A stretch of 64,000 nt of DNA from an uncultured Eubacteriales bacterium (GCA_964347035.1 CAYFXE010000003.1:17570-81569), one strand, 5' to 3'; shown: positions 44,891-53,757, numbered from the stretch's first letter. The notes: generated by a model from the letters alone, not told the origin. Program-made: numbers and translations.

Positions 44891-45571
44891 TTACATAAAC
44901 ATTATTGTGTAAATGATGAATTGGATAGGTTGAATGATAAGGTTCAAGAGTCCTAAATAGATGAGTCCGAGGACGATGATGAAGCCAAAAGGGCGAATCC
45001 TTTCGTACTTAACGGCGGCTTCCTCAGAGAGAAGTCCGGAAAGCACTCCGCTGCCGTCTAGCGGAGGTATAGGGATGAGGTTGAACACAGCTAGGTAGGT
45101 GTTAATCAGGACTCCATAAAACAATATCAAAGCCAGGCCTTCTAAAGGATAAAAACCCCGAGGAAGAGCTCCTTGTCCGAGTAGGAAATTCCTCAGGAAA
45201 TACCCGACATTCGGACTCAAGAATTTCAGAACAACGATGCCCACCAAGGCGAAGCCAGCCACAGACAGGTTGGAAAAAGGGCCAGCCGCTGATATCCAGA
45301 GGTTGTCCTTCCTAGGATTCCTGAGGTTAAGTGGATTGACAGGCACGGGTTTAGCCCAACCGAACACGGGAAAATTAAGGATAATCAGGATGATAGGGAA
45401 GAGAATAGTACCTATGGGATCGATATGAGCCAGTGGATTGAGGGTTACTCTTCCCATCGCATAGGCTGTCGGATCTCCGAATTTATTCGCGGCCCAGCCG
45501 TGGGCCGCTTCGTGGATGGTGACGGCAAAGAGCAGGACAAAAATTCCGATAACGATGGTAACGATACTCAT
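44891..45571 (-). CDS. Site-2 protease family (M50) membrane metalloprotease
   Basis: HEAAHG zinc motif within the first TM region. The start is chosen at MSIVTIVIG (45571), because the 35-aa ORF-track extension lacks homology-like features. Confidence 0.8.
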   Translation of the reverse strand: MSIVTIVIGIFVLLFAVTIHEAAHGWAANKFGDPTAYAMGRVTLNPLAHIDPIGTILFPIILIILNFPVFGWAKPVPVNPLNLRNPRKDNLWISAAGPFSNLSVAGFALVGIVVLKFLSPNVGYFLRNFLLGQGALPRGFYPLEGLALILFYGVLINTYLAVFNLIPIPPLDGSGVLSGLLSEEAAVKYERIRPFGFIIVLGLIYLGLLNLIIQPIQFIIYTIMFM

Positions 45572-45739
45572 GTTAGACCAGAGGTATTTATAACATAACA
45601 GGTAAGAAGCGTAAAGCCTAAAAAATGAATATTCCGCCTGATCTTTCTTCCTGATTCCGCAGATAAAAAATTCCATTTGGCGCTTTAGAATCGGGGGGTC
45701 TCACAATACGAACGGTTGGTTTTTCTTACAGATAGACTT

Positions 45740-45820
45740 GGGATTAGGCCTTATCCCAAGGTTTTGTACTTGGGTGAAGTTAAGGACACAGCGCTTCCAG
45801 GCGACAAGGCCTGACCCCAG
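45740..45820 (-). repeat. Inverted, diverged second copy of the 25236-25318 hairpin element
   Basis: The reverse complement of 45739-45823 matches 25232-25316 at 74/85 positions (manual count). One stem arm is degraded (GGGATTAGGCCTT versus GGGGTCAGGCCTT). An inner CCCAAG/CTTGGG stem is present. Confidence 0.6.
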
Positions 45821-45925
45821 CAGCTACGGAGAAGGACGGTGAGGGAATTGCCTGAAAAATCATGAGATATTTCCCTACACCTCGAGATGACAATTATTTA
45901 ATCCCTTATTTTTATTAGGCTGAGT

Positions 45926-47506
45926 TTAGCTGTTTAAGATTTTTTCGACTTCTTCCTTGTCCACTTCTGTAACCATCGGGATTCCGCTGATCGTGGCGGC
46001 ATCCTGAGTCAGGGCGGCAATGTCATCGCGCGTGATGTAGGACAGGTTGAATTTGCGGTTACCGGCCATGAGCTGTTTTAAACCCTGACTCAACCGTTTG
46101 AAATACCCATTCACACCGATAGCTCCGGTGGGGATATCCTTGAATCTTTCTCCAAACTGATGCTTTAAGTCGGTAGCGGTGACGAAGATTTCTTCCACCT
46201 TATTTCCGAATCTTTCCACATAAACAGGAATCTGATCTTCACTGATTCTCTTCCCGATGGTTTTGCCGACCATGGCGGCAGCCATCGGTCCTCTGGCCAT
46301 TCCGACGGCTTTAAAGTAAGGCGCTCCTAAGGCCAGAGCTTTATAGATCTGGTCTTCGAACGTGATACCTCCGGCAGCAGCGACGTCAGGGATGTATTCC
46401 CCTTTTTCATCGAGTTTGCGGAGGTACTTGTACAGGAGGGACCAGATTTCAACACTTGGAATGCCCCATTCATTCATCATCCGCCAAGGACTCATCCCAG
46501 TTCCGCCACCAGCACCGTCGACGGTCAGGAAGTCGAGTTTGGCTTTGGAGGCAAACTTAACAGCTCGGGCCAAATCGGCGGGTCTATAGGCTCCTGTCTT
46601 AAGAAAGATATATTTAGCGCCCGCTTTCCTAAGTTCCTCGACTCTTTGCATGAAGCTTTCCTCTTCGACCATCCCCAGGCGCGAGTGTCTTTCGAACTCT
46701 TTAAACGCCCCATGTTCAAAGGCTTTTATTATGTCTGGGTTCTCAGGATCCGGGAGAACAATATAGCCCTTTTTTTTCAGAGCTTGGGCCTTATCGAGTG
46801 TCTTGATCTTGACTTCTCCGCCGATATCTTTGGCCCCCTGTCCCCATTTCAGCTCAGCAACTTCAACACCGAGTTTATCGATTACGTACTCCTGCACACC
46901 CAACCTGGTGTCCTCGACATTGGCTTGGACCACGACGGCTCCGTAGCCATCCGTTTGCCACTCCTGGAAGAGTTTCACCCGGGTTTCCATTTCCGGGGAG
47001 CGGGCGATTCTTCCGTTTTTGATCTCGGATTCGTCATCCATGGCGCAGACGTTTTCTCCGATAGTGAGGAGTGATCCTGAGATAGCCGCTCCGATGGCCA
47101 ATCCGTCCCAGTTCTGTTTAGCCACGTTTGTCGATCCCATACCCGAAATGACAAACGGAACTTTGAGTTTGATTCCCTTATCGTGTCCGATGGCTGTCTC
47201 GATAGTCACTTTGGGAAAAGTCGCCTTATCGGGATCGGCCTCGACACCATGGGCTCCGACCGCTGTCCCCATTATGGTGAAGTGCGAAAGATCAACCGGA
47301 TATTCTTTTTCAGATGCAGCGGTGATGATCCCGAACGGCTGAGGATAAAGGACCTCTGCTCCCCTGTAGGCTGATTTTCCAATCTCGCACATCCCGATAC
47401 AACCATCAACACAGGTCACACACATTCCACTGAAAGGACTGATGGAACCTTCGGTTCTGTTTTTGGTTAGTGTTGCAGCACTCCTGTTGAGTTTTGTATA
47501 AGCCAT
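45926..47506 (-). CDS. Glutamate-synthase-related FMN-binding protein (GltB domain-2-like only)
   Basis: N-terminal Cys cluster CVTCVDGCIGMC, a TIM-barrel FMN region with DGAGGGTGMSP, and AAGGI. There is no amidotransferase or GXGXG domain in the protein. Confidence 0.8.
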   Translation of the reverse strand: MAYTKLNRSAATLTKNRTEGSISPFSGMCVTCVDGCIGMCEIGKSAYRGAEVLYPQPFGIITAASEKEYPVDLSHFTIMGTAVGAHGVEADPDKATFPKVTIETAIGHDKGIKLKVPFVISGMGSTNVAKQNWDGLAIGAAISGSLLTIGENVCAMDDESEIKNGRIARSPEMETRVKLFQEWQTDGYGAVVVQANVEDTRLGVQEYVIDKLGVEVAELKWGQGAKDIGGEVKIKTLDKAQALKKKGYIVLPDPENPDIIKAFEHGAFKEFERHSRLGMVEEESFMQRVEELRKAGAKYIFLKTGAYRPADLARAVKFASKAKLDFLTVDGAGGGTGMSPWRMMNEWGIPSVEIWSLLYKYLRKLDEKGEYIPDVAAAGGITFEDQIYKALALGAPYFKAVGMARGPMAAAMVGKTIGKRISEDQIPVYVERFGNKVEEIFVTATDLKHQFGERFKDIPTGAIGVNGYFKRLSQGLKQLMAGNRKFNLSYITRDDIAALTQDAATISGIPMVTEVDKEEVEKILNS

Positions 47507-47557
47507 TATGTTTACCTCCTAAAGTTCTCGTTGTATTGATTGCAGTGAGAAACTTGC

Positions 47558-48289
47558 TTAGCGAGCATTTTTTTCCTTTTTTTTCTTCTCACTGTCGGGT
47601 TCTTCTGGCGGTCTCACACATGTTCCACACCGCCCAGCGTCGTACATCCAGCACTGGAGCTCATCATGAACATCTACGCAGGTGGGGTCCATGTTCAGAC
47701 AGGCATTGCAGACAACGGTGTCTGCATCCGGACCTGGACATTTCAACTGGCAGGCCGGACAGATATATATGCACCCCCCGCATTGTCGGCAGACATTAGA
47801 TTTCATGTCGAAAGGTGTAGCGATTTTTCTCTGGAAACCCCGATTCTGGAAGCCGATAGCTTTGGCGTCCATCTGTTCGGCGCACATCCGAACGCAGAGA
47901 CCACACAGGACACACTCCTCGTTGCGCACTTCAAACCTGACCTGGTTGACACCAAATCGTGATGCCAGATCTTGGATGATTTTTGAATTCGGTGCGACCG
48001 AGAGCATGAGCTCGATCATCATCTTCCGCGTTTCGAGGACACGCTTCGTGTCTGTCCTGATGGCAAGCCCTTCCTCCGCTGGATAGGTACAGGAAGAAAC
48101 AAGTTTGGTTTTTGGGGCTTCTCCAATTTCAACGAGACAAAGGCGGCAGCCTCCGAAGGGAGTGAGCCCTTCGTTGTAGCAGAGAGTGGGGATTTCGAGT
48201 CCATAGAATTTAGCTGTTTCGAGGATGGTCCAGCCTTCCTCAGCTTTGACTTCTAATCCATTTAATATGATGTTGATCATTTTTTCCAT
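47558..48289 (-). CDS. Multi-cluster Fe-S protein resembling the NuoG/HydA N-terminus (2Fe-2S plus 2x 4Fe-4S) with an extra Cys-rich tail
   Basis: The 2Fe-2S pattern is IPTLCYNEGLTPFGGCRLCLVEI...SSC. The ferredoxin motifs are CVLCGLCVRMC and CRQCGGCIYICP. There are additional cysteines toward the C-terminus. Confidence 0.75.
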   Translation of the reverse strand: MEKMINIILNGLEVKAEEGWTILETAKFYGLEIPTLCYNEGLTPFGGCRLCLVEIGEAPKTKLVSSCTYPAEEGLAIRTDTKRVLETRKMMIELMLSVAPNSKIIQDLASRFGVNQVRFEVRNEECVLCGLCVRMCAEQMDAKAIGFQNRGFQRKIATPFDMKSNVCRQCGGCIYICPACQLKCPGPDADTVVCNACLNMDPTCVDVHDELQCWMYDAGRCGTCVRPPEEPDSEKKKKEKNAR

Positions 48290-51200
48290 CCTATTGCTTT
48301 TTTACCTTCCTCAGTCTCCAATTCACATCTCAGGCATCGCCTTGCTTCTTTTATAGCCATTTCTTTCGTTAATCCCAGTTCAACTTCCTTAAAGTTTTTC
48401 TGTCTTGCTTGTACTCTCAGCTTTGGCATCTTTGATCGTGTTGCCTTTTCTATTTCTTCTTCTGTGAGTTCTACAGGTTCGACATAGAGGGAGGGTCTAT
48501 TCAGCTTATATTCCTTATCCATACTTTTTCCTGAAATGTACTTATCGATGGATTCAGCCGCTTCTTTCCCCGCAGCCATTGCTTCCACGACGGTTTTAGG
48601 CCCTGTCACAACGTCTCCTCCAGCGAAAACTCCCTGTTGACTGGTCAAAAGTGACTCATCATCAGCCTCTATGGTGCCCCATTTTGAGATTTTTATCTGA
48701 CTCTTGTCGCCAAGAAACGAAATGTCAGGTCTTTCACCAATCGCTGGTATAAGTGTGTCTAATTCTATCTCAAATTCAGAGCCCTCAATAGGGATAGGCC
48801 TTCGTCTTCCGCTGGAATCAATATCGCCTAATTTCATTTGTAGACATTCCACCCCCACAACCTTTCCACGATGAGTTAAGACTTTTATGGGAGCAACCAA
48901 GAATTGAATATCTATTCCTTCTTCAAGAGCACTATCGATTTCTTCTTCAAAGGCGGGCATTTCTTTTCTCGTTCTTCTGTATAGGATTGTAACCTTTTTA
49001 CATTTTTTATCTCTTATCGAGACTCGAGCCGCATCAATTGCAGCGTTTCCTCCACCAATAATGCCTATTCTTTCGCCGATCTCCACATCCTTACCTAGGT
49101 TTACGGATTTAAGCAAGTCCATGGCCTGTATAACACCTTTTGCTTTTTCACCTGGAATATTAAGCTTCATTGGCTTATGAGCTCCTATGGCAAGGAAGAC
49201 AGCCTTATACCCTTTCTTGAAAAGATCATCGATAGAAAAATCTCGACCCAAAGCTCGGTTCGTTTCAACCGTGACTCCGGACTGGATAATGTTTTCGATG
49301 TCTGAATTTAATAATTTCTTGGGTAATCTGTGCTCTGGGATGCCGGTGGTGAGCATTCCTCCCAACACAGGCAAGGACTCGAAGATTGTCACAGCATATC
49401 CCTTTTGATTCAGGACGTAGCCGGCGGTGAGGCCAGCCGGTCCACCGCCAATTATTGCCACTTTTGTATTTTTGTGGGATCTTTCCTGATTGATATGCAA
49501 ATGATAGCCATTTTCAAGCGCCCAATCCATTACAAATCGTTTTAGGGAACGGATTGCTATGGATTCTCCAAATTCACCTGCTCGACATACGGTCTCACAA
49601 GGATGGTGACAGACACGGCCGCATACAGAAGGTAAAGGATTGTCCTTTAGAATGATATCCAGTGCCTCTTCAAATTTTTCTTGAGCGATATGGGCAATAT
49701 AAACTGAGGCCTCCTGGTCAATCGGACAGATGTATTGACAAGGGGAAGAAACAATTTCTTTACAAACAAGCGCGGAGCACTTCTTGCGCTTGATATGATC
49801 TTCATATTCTTCCTTAAAATATCTCAGTGTGGAGAGGACCGGATTGGCAGCTGTCTGTCCAAGACCGCACATGGAGGCATCTTTGACAGCCTCTGCTAAA
49901 GATTCGAGGATTTCGATATTCCCGTCTTTTCCGTTTCCCCTGGATATATCTCTGACGATTTCCCACATGCGTTGTGTTCCTTCTCGGCAGGAAAGGCATT
50001 TACCACAGGATTCATCGCGGAGAAAATTCAAAAAGTACTTGGCCACGTCCACCATGCACGTGTTTTCATCCATAACGATCATTCCGCCTGAACCCATGAT
50101 GGATCCAGCTTGGGTCAGACTCTCATAATCAATCGGCAAGTCTAATTTTTTTCTGGGGATGCATCCCCCTGAAGGGCCCCCTGTTTGGACGGCTTTGAAT
50201 TCTTTCCCGTCAGGGATTCCCCCCCCTATGTCAAAAATTATTTCTCTTAAAGTGAGACCCATCGGGACTTCTACCAAGCCTGTGTTATTGATTTTTCCGA
50301 CAAGAGAGAAGATTTTTGTTCCCTTGCTTCCGTTTGTGCCGATTTGTGAGAACCATTCCGGACCTTTTTGGATGATGATAGGAATGTTGGCCCATGTCTC
50401 TACATTGTTGATATTGGTGGGTTTTTTCCATAGTCCTTTAACGGCCGGAAAAGGAGGTCTCTGACTAGGTATTCCCACTTTTCCCTCTACAGAGGCAATC
50501 AAAGCCGTCTCTTCACCGCAGACAAAAGCTCCTGCCCCCTTTGCGATATGGATACTTAAGTCGAAGCCACTTCCTAGAATATTCTTTCCCAGGAAACCCA
50601 ATTGTTCAGCCTGTTCAATAGCAAGTGTAATATGCCGAAGAGCAAGAGGATATTCATCGCGGATGTAAATATAACCCTCCTCGGCTCCGATGGCGTAGGC
50701 GCCTATTATCATCCCTTCTAACACTCTGTGAGGATTTCCCTCCAGCAGGCTGCGGTCCATGTAGGCGCCGGGATCACCCTCATCAGCATTGCAAATGATA
50801 TACTTAGTGTCACCCTTGGCCTTTCTCGCCAAGTCCCATTTGCTTCCTGTTGGGAAACCTGCACCTCCCCGTCCTCTCAAACCAGATTGCTTAACACTCT
50901 CAATAATGCCTTCTGGATTGCCTTCCGAGATAGTACATGCTAGAGAACCGTAGCCTCCTACGGAGATATAATCAAAGACATCGGTAGGATCAATGAGAGC
51001 ATTGTCTCCAAGGATAAGACGTTTCTGTTTCTTATAAAACGTGATTTCTTTTTCATTAAGAGCCGTTGTCTCTGAGGCTGGATCGAGATAAAGAAGATGA
51101 TCGATGACTCTATTTTCTAGTATCGTTGATAAAATGATATCCTTGGCATCTTTTGGTTCGACTTTTTGGTAAAAGAAGTCTAGGGGTTGAATGATGATGT

Positions 51201-51441
51201 TGGGCTCAGCCTCACAGAACCCATGACAGCCAGTGACCTTAATTTGGGCCTTGTCCTCAAGATTTTCTTTCTTAATGGCTTTTTCTAAAGATTCAATAAC
51301 TTTCATCGAACCTCTAGCGCGTCCACAGGTTCCTGCTGAAACTATCAAAATCGGTCTTGTCTCAGATTTTTTCTTCTGAATTTCATCGGCGATGGTCTGC
51401 TCCAACTCTGTAACAGATTTAATTTTCTTTAGGCTCTTCAT
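48277..51441 (-). CDS. Fusion protein: thioredoxin-like 2Fe-2S domain + NuoF-like NADH/FMN module + GltD-like (glutamate synthase small-subunit type) FAD/NAD(P)H oxidoreductase
   Basis: NuoF motifs are GLRGRGGAGFPTGSKW, DEGDPGAYMDR, ESCGKCLSCREG and MCGLGQTA. The GltD part has CGRVCHHPCETVC, VAIIGGGPAGLTAGY, IGIIGGGNAAIDAAR and GVFAGGDVVTGP. Confidence 0.85.
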   Translation of the reverse strand: MKSLKKIKSVTELEQTIADEIQKKKSETRPILIVSAGTCGRARGSMKVIESLEKAIKKENLEDKAQIKVTGCHGFCEAEPNIIIQPLDFFYQKVEPKDAKDIILSTILENRVIDHLLYLDPASETTALNEKEITFYKKQKRLILGDNALIDPTDVFDYISVGGYGSLACTISEGNPEGIIESVKQSGLRGRGGAGFPTGSKWDLARKAKGDTKYIICNADEGDPGAYMDRSLLEGNPHRVLEGMIIGAYAIGAEEGYIYIRDEYPLALRHITLAIEQAEQLGFLGKNILGSGFDLSIHIAKGAGAFVCGEETALIASVEGKVGIPSQRPPFPAVKGLWKKPTNINNVETWANIPIIIQKGPEWFSQIGTNGSKGTKIFSLVGKINNTGLVEVPMGLTLREIIFDIGGGIPDGKEFKAVQTGGPSGGCIPRKKLDLPIDYESLTQAGSIMGSGGMIVMDENTCMVDVAKYFLNFLRDESCGKCLSCREGTQRMWEIVRDISRGNGKDGNIEILESLAEAVKDASMCGLGQTAANPVLSTLRYFKEEYEDHIKRKKCSALVCKEIVSSPCQYICPIDQEASVYIAHIAQEKFEEALDIILKDNPLPSVCGRVCHHPCETVCRAGEFGESIAIRSLKRFVMDWALENGYHLHINQERSHKNTKVAIIGGGPAGLTAGYVLNQKGYAVTIFESLPVLGGMLTTGIPEHRLPKKLLNSDIENIIQSGVTVETNRALGRDFSIDDLFKKGYKAVFLAIGAHKPMKLNIPGEKAKGVIQAMDLLKSVNLGKDVEIGERIGIIGGGNAAIDAARVSIRDKKCKKVTILYRRTRKEMPAFEEEIDSALEEGIDIQFLVAPIKVLTHRGKVVGVECLQMKLGDIDSSGRRRPIPIEGSEFEIELDTLIPAIGERPDISFLGDKSQIKISKWGTIEADDESLLTSQQGVFAGGDVVTGPKTVVEAMAAGKEAAESIDKYISGKSMDKEYKLNRPSLYVEPVELTEEEIEKATRSKMPKLRVQARQKNFKEVELGLTKEMAIKEARRCLRCELETEEGKKAIGWKK

Positions 51442-51913
51442 TTTTTTTCTCTTTTTTCATGTACTTTTTTATGATCGAATTAACGTCACGCATATTGGTC
51501 TGGGCGTGATAATCATCGTCAACCACGACAACAGGACCGATGGCACAGCAGCCCAGACATGCTACGGTTTCCAAGCTGAAATGGCCATCTTGTGTTGTCT
51601 CTCCAGGCTGGATGTTCAGTTTTCTTTCAAATTCTTCTAGTATCTTCAATCCGCCTCTGACGTGACAAGCGGTTCCCATGCAGACAGTGACGAGGTGCTC
51701 TCCTCTCGGCTCAAGACTGAAGGAGCGATAAAATGTGGCTACTCCTAAGATATCGATAAGCGGAATATTCAATGCTTCTGAGACAGTGATTAGACTTGGT
51801 TCCGGTAGATAATTAAACTCAGCTTGGATGTCTTGAAGAATAGCTATAAGGGCCTTTTTTTCCTTATTGTATTTTTCGATGAATTCTTTGACCTTTTGAG
51901 TTTCGACATTCAT
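51419..51913 (-). CDS. NuoE-like (24-kDa type) thioredoxin-fold 2Fe-2S protein
   Basis: AILQDIQAEFNYLP and VCMGTACHVRGG motifs. The ATG at 51913 has a GGAGG Shine-Dalgarno sequence. The ORF-track GTG at 52030 would extend translation into repeat copy C. Confidence 0.85.
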   Translation of the reverse strand: MNVETQKVKEFIEKYNKEKKALIAILQDIQAEFNYLPEPSLITVSEALNIPLIDILGVATFYRSFSLEPRGEHLVTVCMGTACHVRGGLKILEEFERKLNIQPGETTQDGHFSLETVACLGCCAIGPVVVVDDDYHAQTNMRDVNSIIKKYMKKEKKNEEPKEN

Positions 51914-51976
51914 AGGTTTTCCTCCAATTTGACGATCAGTTGATTTGCTCCACGTCTTGCCTTGGGGAACCGATCG

Positions 51977-52114
51977 TCGGGGGATCCAAAGGGGTATGCC
52001 CTCTTGGTCGCAGGGAGTGGGGTTATGCACTGCCCGAGAAGAGTAGGCAGGGAGGTCGGACGAATTTCGGGCGACCGTTGGAAGGGGGAACGCGAAGCGA
52101 TTCCAGCTCCAGGG
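51977..52114 (+). repeat. Copy C of the conserved GC-rich structured element (core CGACCGTTGGAAGGGGG at 52072-52088)
   Basis: It aligns to copy A (53/63) and copy B (43/55). P1 forms from CCAA (51986-51989) and TTGG (52004-52007). The 3' hairpin is GGAA-CGC-gaa-GCG-a-TTCC. TTGAAT follows at 52115-52120. Confidence 0.6.
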
Positions 52115-52401
52115 TTGAATCTATCTATCCTGGAGATTTTCGCAAAGGCAAAAAATATGAGGGGATTTTGGAGAAAATTATCGTATGGACTCATTGTTAT
52201 TGCCAACAGAAGGAATCTTGGACTTGAAATAGCGGATCTAAGAATAACGGAGACTTGTCTTTAATGCGGGTAATATTTATGATTCCTTCTCTAAAATTAT
52301 TACTTTATAGAAAATAAGTTGAAACAAACTAATAACGAAATTTTATAACAATATGTTCAAAAGTTGTCAAGACATTTACGCTTTCAAAAATTTTTCTGGT
52401 G

Positions 52402-52430
52402 TTGACCAAATCAAGATAATTTCATATGAT
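52402..52430 (+). promoter_or_regulatory. Possible sigma70 promoter in the AT-rich spacer upstream of asnC (TTGACC-17-TATGAT)
   Basis: -35 box at 52402-52407 and -10 box at 52425-52430. This would give a leader of about 130 nt. Confidence 0.3.
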
Positions 52431-52565
52431 TTTGTTCCGAATAAAGCATTTTAAATTAGTTTTAATAATTCTGTGTTTTTGGTTTAAATGTCAGCTATTT
52501 ATTCAAAAAGAAAAAAATATCTTCTATAAATGGATGTTAGATAGACGAATATTAGGCGGTGTGAT

Positions 52566-53009
52566 ATGGTAGATGATCTCGATAAAAAAATCATTCGCGT
52601 CCTTAACGAGAACGCCCGACGGAGTTTTCGGGAGATAGCCCGGGAGGTAGGGAGTTCTGTCACAGGGATTATCCACAGGATCAAAAAATTCGAAGATTCT
52701 GGAATCATCAAAGGATATATTCCTGTTGTTGATCCGGAATACTTTGGTTATGACCTAATCGCGATCATTGCTCTCCGGATCTCCCAGGGACGGCTTCTGG
52801 AAACCCAGGGGGAGATCGCAGCCGACCCTCGGGCCGTGGCTGTTTACGATATCACGGGAGAATGGGATTCGCTAATCATTGGTCGTTTCAAGGGGCGAGA
52901 GGACCTCAACAACTTTATAAAAAACGTGCTATCCAAAAAGTATGTCGACAGGACTGTGACTCATATCGTTCTGAATGTCGTCAAAGAAGAGAAACGGACA
53001 GTCGTCTGA
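52566..53009 (+). CDS. Lrp/AsnC-family transcriptional regulator
   Basis: N-terminal HTH (LDKKIIRVLNENARRSFREIAREVGSSVTGIIHRIKKFEDSGIIKGY) and a C-terminal RAM-like domain. Confidence 0.85.
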   Translation: MVDDLDKKIIRVLNENARRSFREIAREVGSSVTGIIHRIKKFEDSGIIKGYIPVVDPEYFGYDLIAIIALRISQGRLLETQGEIAADPRAVAVYDITGEWDSLIIGRFKGREDLNNFIKNVLSKKYVDRTVTHIVLNVVKEEKRTVV

Positions 53010-53083
53010 TCCCTGATATGACGCCTTGACAGAGTTAGAGCATATCGCCTACATTTAATCTATCCTCAGTCGGGAGAGAACCA

Positions 53084-53512
53084 ATGGCCAAAAAAAAACA
53101 TTCTTCGATAGGCCACCATTATATCGTCGAAGCCTCAGGATGTGACCCGAAAATTATCAGCAGTGTCGAGAAAGTACAGCAGATCTTGGTCAAGACGGCC
53201 GAAATCGCCGGAGCTCAGGTTTGGTCGGTCTCGCTCAACAGATTTCCCCCCAACGGAGTGAGTGGTGTTATCGTCATCTCCGAGTCCCATATCTCGACGC
53301 ACACCTGGCCTGAGTTCGGTTACGGGGCTTTGGATTTTTACACGTGCGGTAACGAACTCGATCCTGAGAAAGCCGTTTTTTATGCGGTCGAAGCGTTCGG
53401 AGCCAGGACCTCCCACATCACAGAGATCACCCGAGGTATTGATGAGGGAGATCGAATTTATTATCACAGCTTGATCACTTGGGAGGAGGACTTCAAGGAC
53501 AACACAAAGTAG
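53084..53512 (+). CDS. speH: S-adenosylmethionine decarboxylase proenzyme (class 1, SpeH-type)
   Basis: Self-processing site motif VISESHISTHTWPE. The size of about 140 aa fits the family. Confidence 0.85.
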   Translation: MAKKKHSSIGHHYIVEASGCDPKIISSVEKVQQILVKTAEIAGAQVWSVSLNRFPPNGVSGVIVISESHISTHTWPEFGYGALDFYTCGNELDPEKAVFYAVEAFGARTSHITEITRGIDEGDRIYYHSLITWEEDFKDNTK

Positions 53513-53656
53513 AAATGATGGCCAGTTGCACTTAGTAGCTCTCCTCGATTGACCTTGGTCGAAGGAGATACCTGAATAGGAGCATCAAGAATTTCGACTT
53601 ATTCCTTCCCGACCTAGGATCCTCTCTCAGTCCCAGAGAGTCGGAGAGGTTAAGGT

Positions 53657-53675
53657 TTGTAAATTTTTTTTACAA
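53657..53675. promoter_or_regulatory. Inverted repeat TTGTAAA-N5-TTTACAA, candidate enhancer-binding-protein site
   Basis: Arms at 53657-53663 and 53669-53675, about 75-85 nt upstream of the sigma54 -24 element at 53742. Confidence 0.3.
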
Positions 53676-53741
53676 GTTTTCAGATTTTAATCGAGTGTTT
53701 TCTTGTTATCTCTGGTAGAATTTTTCTGGACGTGTTATATC

Positions 53742-53757
53742 TGGCACAAATATTGCT
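53742..53757 (+). promoter_or_regulatory. Sigma54 (-24/-12) promoter TGGCAC-AAATA-TTGCT
   Basis: Exact TGGCAC-N5-TTGCW match upstream of the M1 peptidase gene. The predicted transcription start, near 53768, falls at the ORF-track TTG start, which favours a downstream ATG. Confidence 0.6.
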
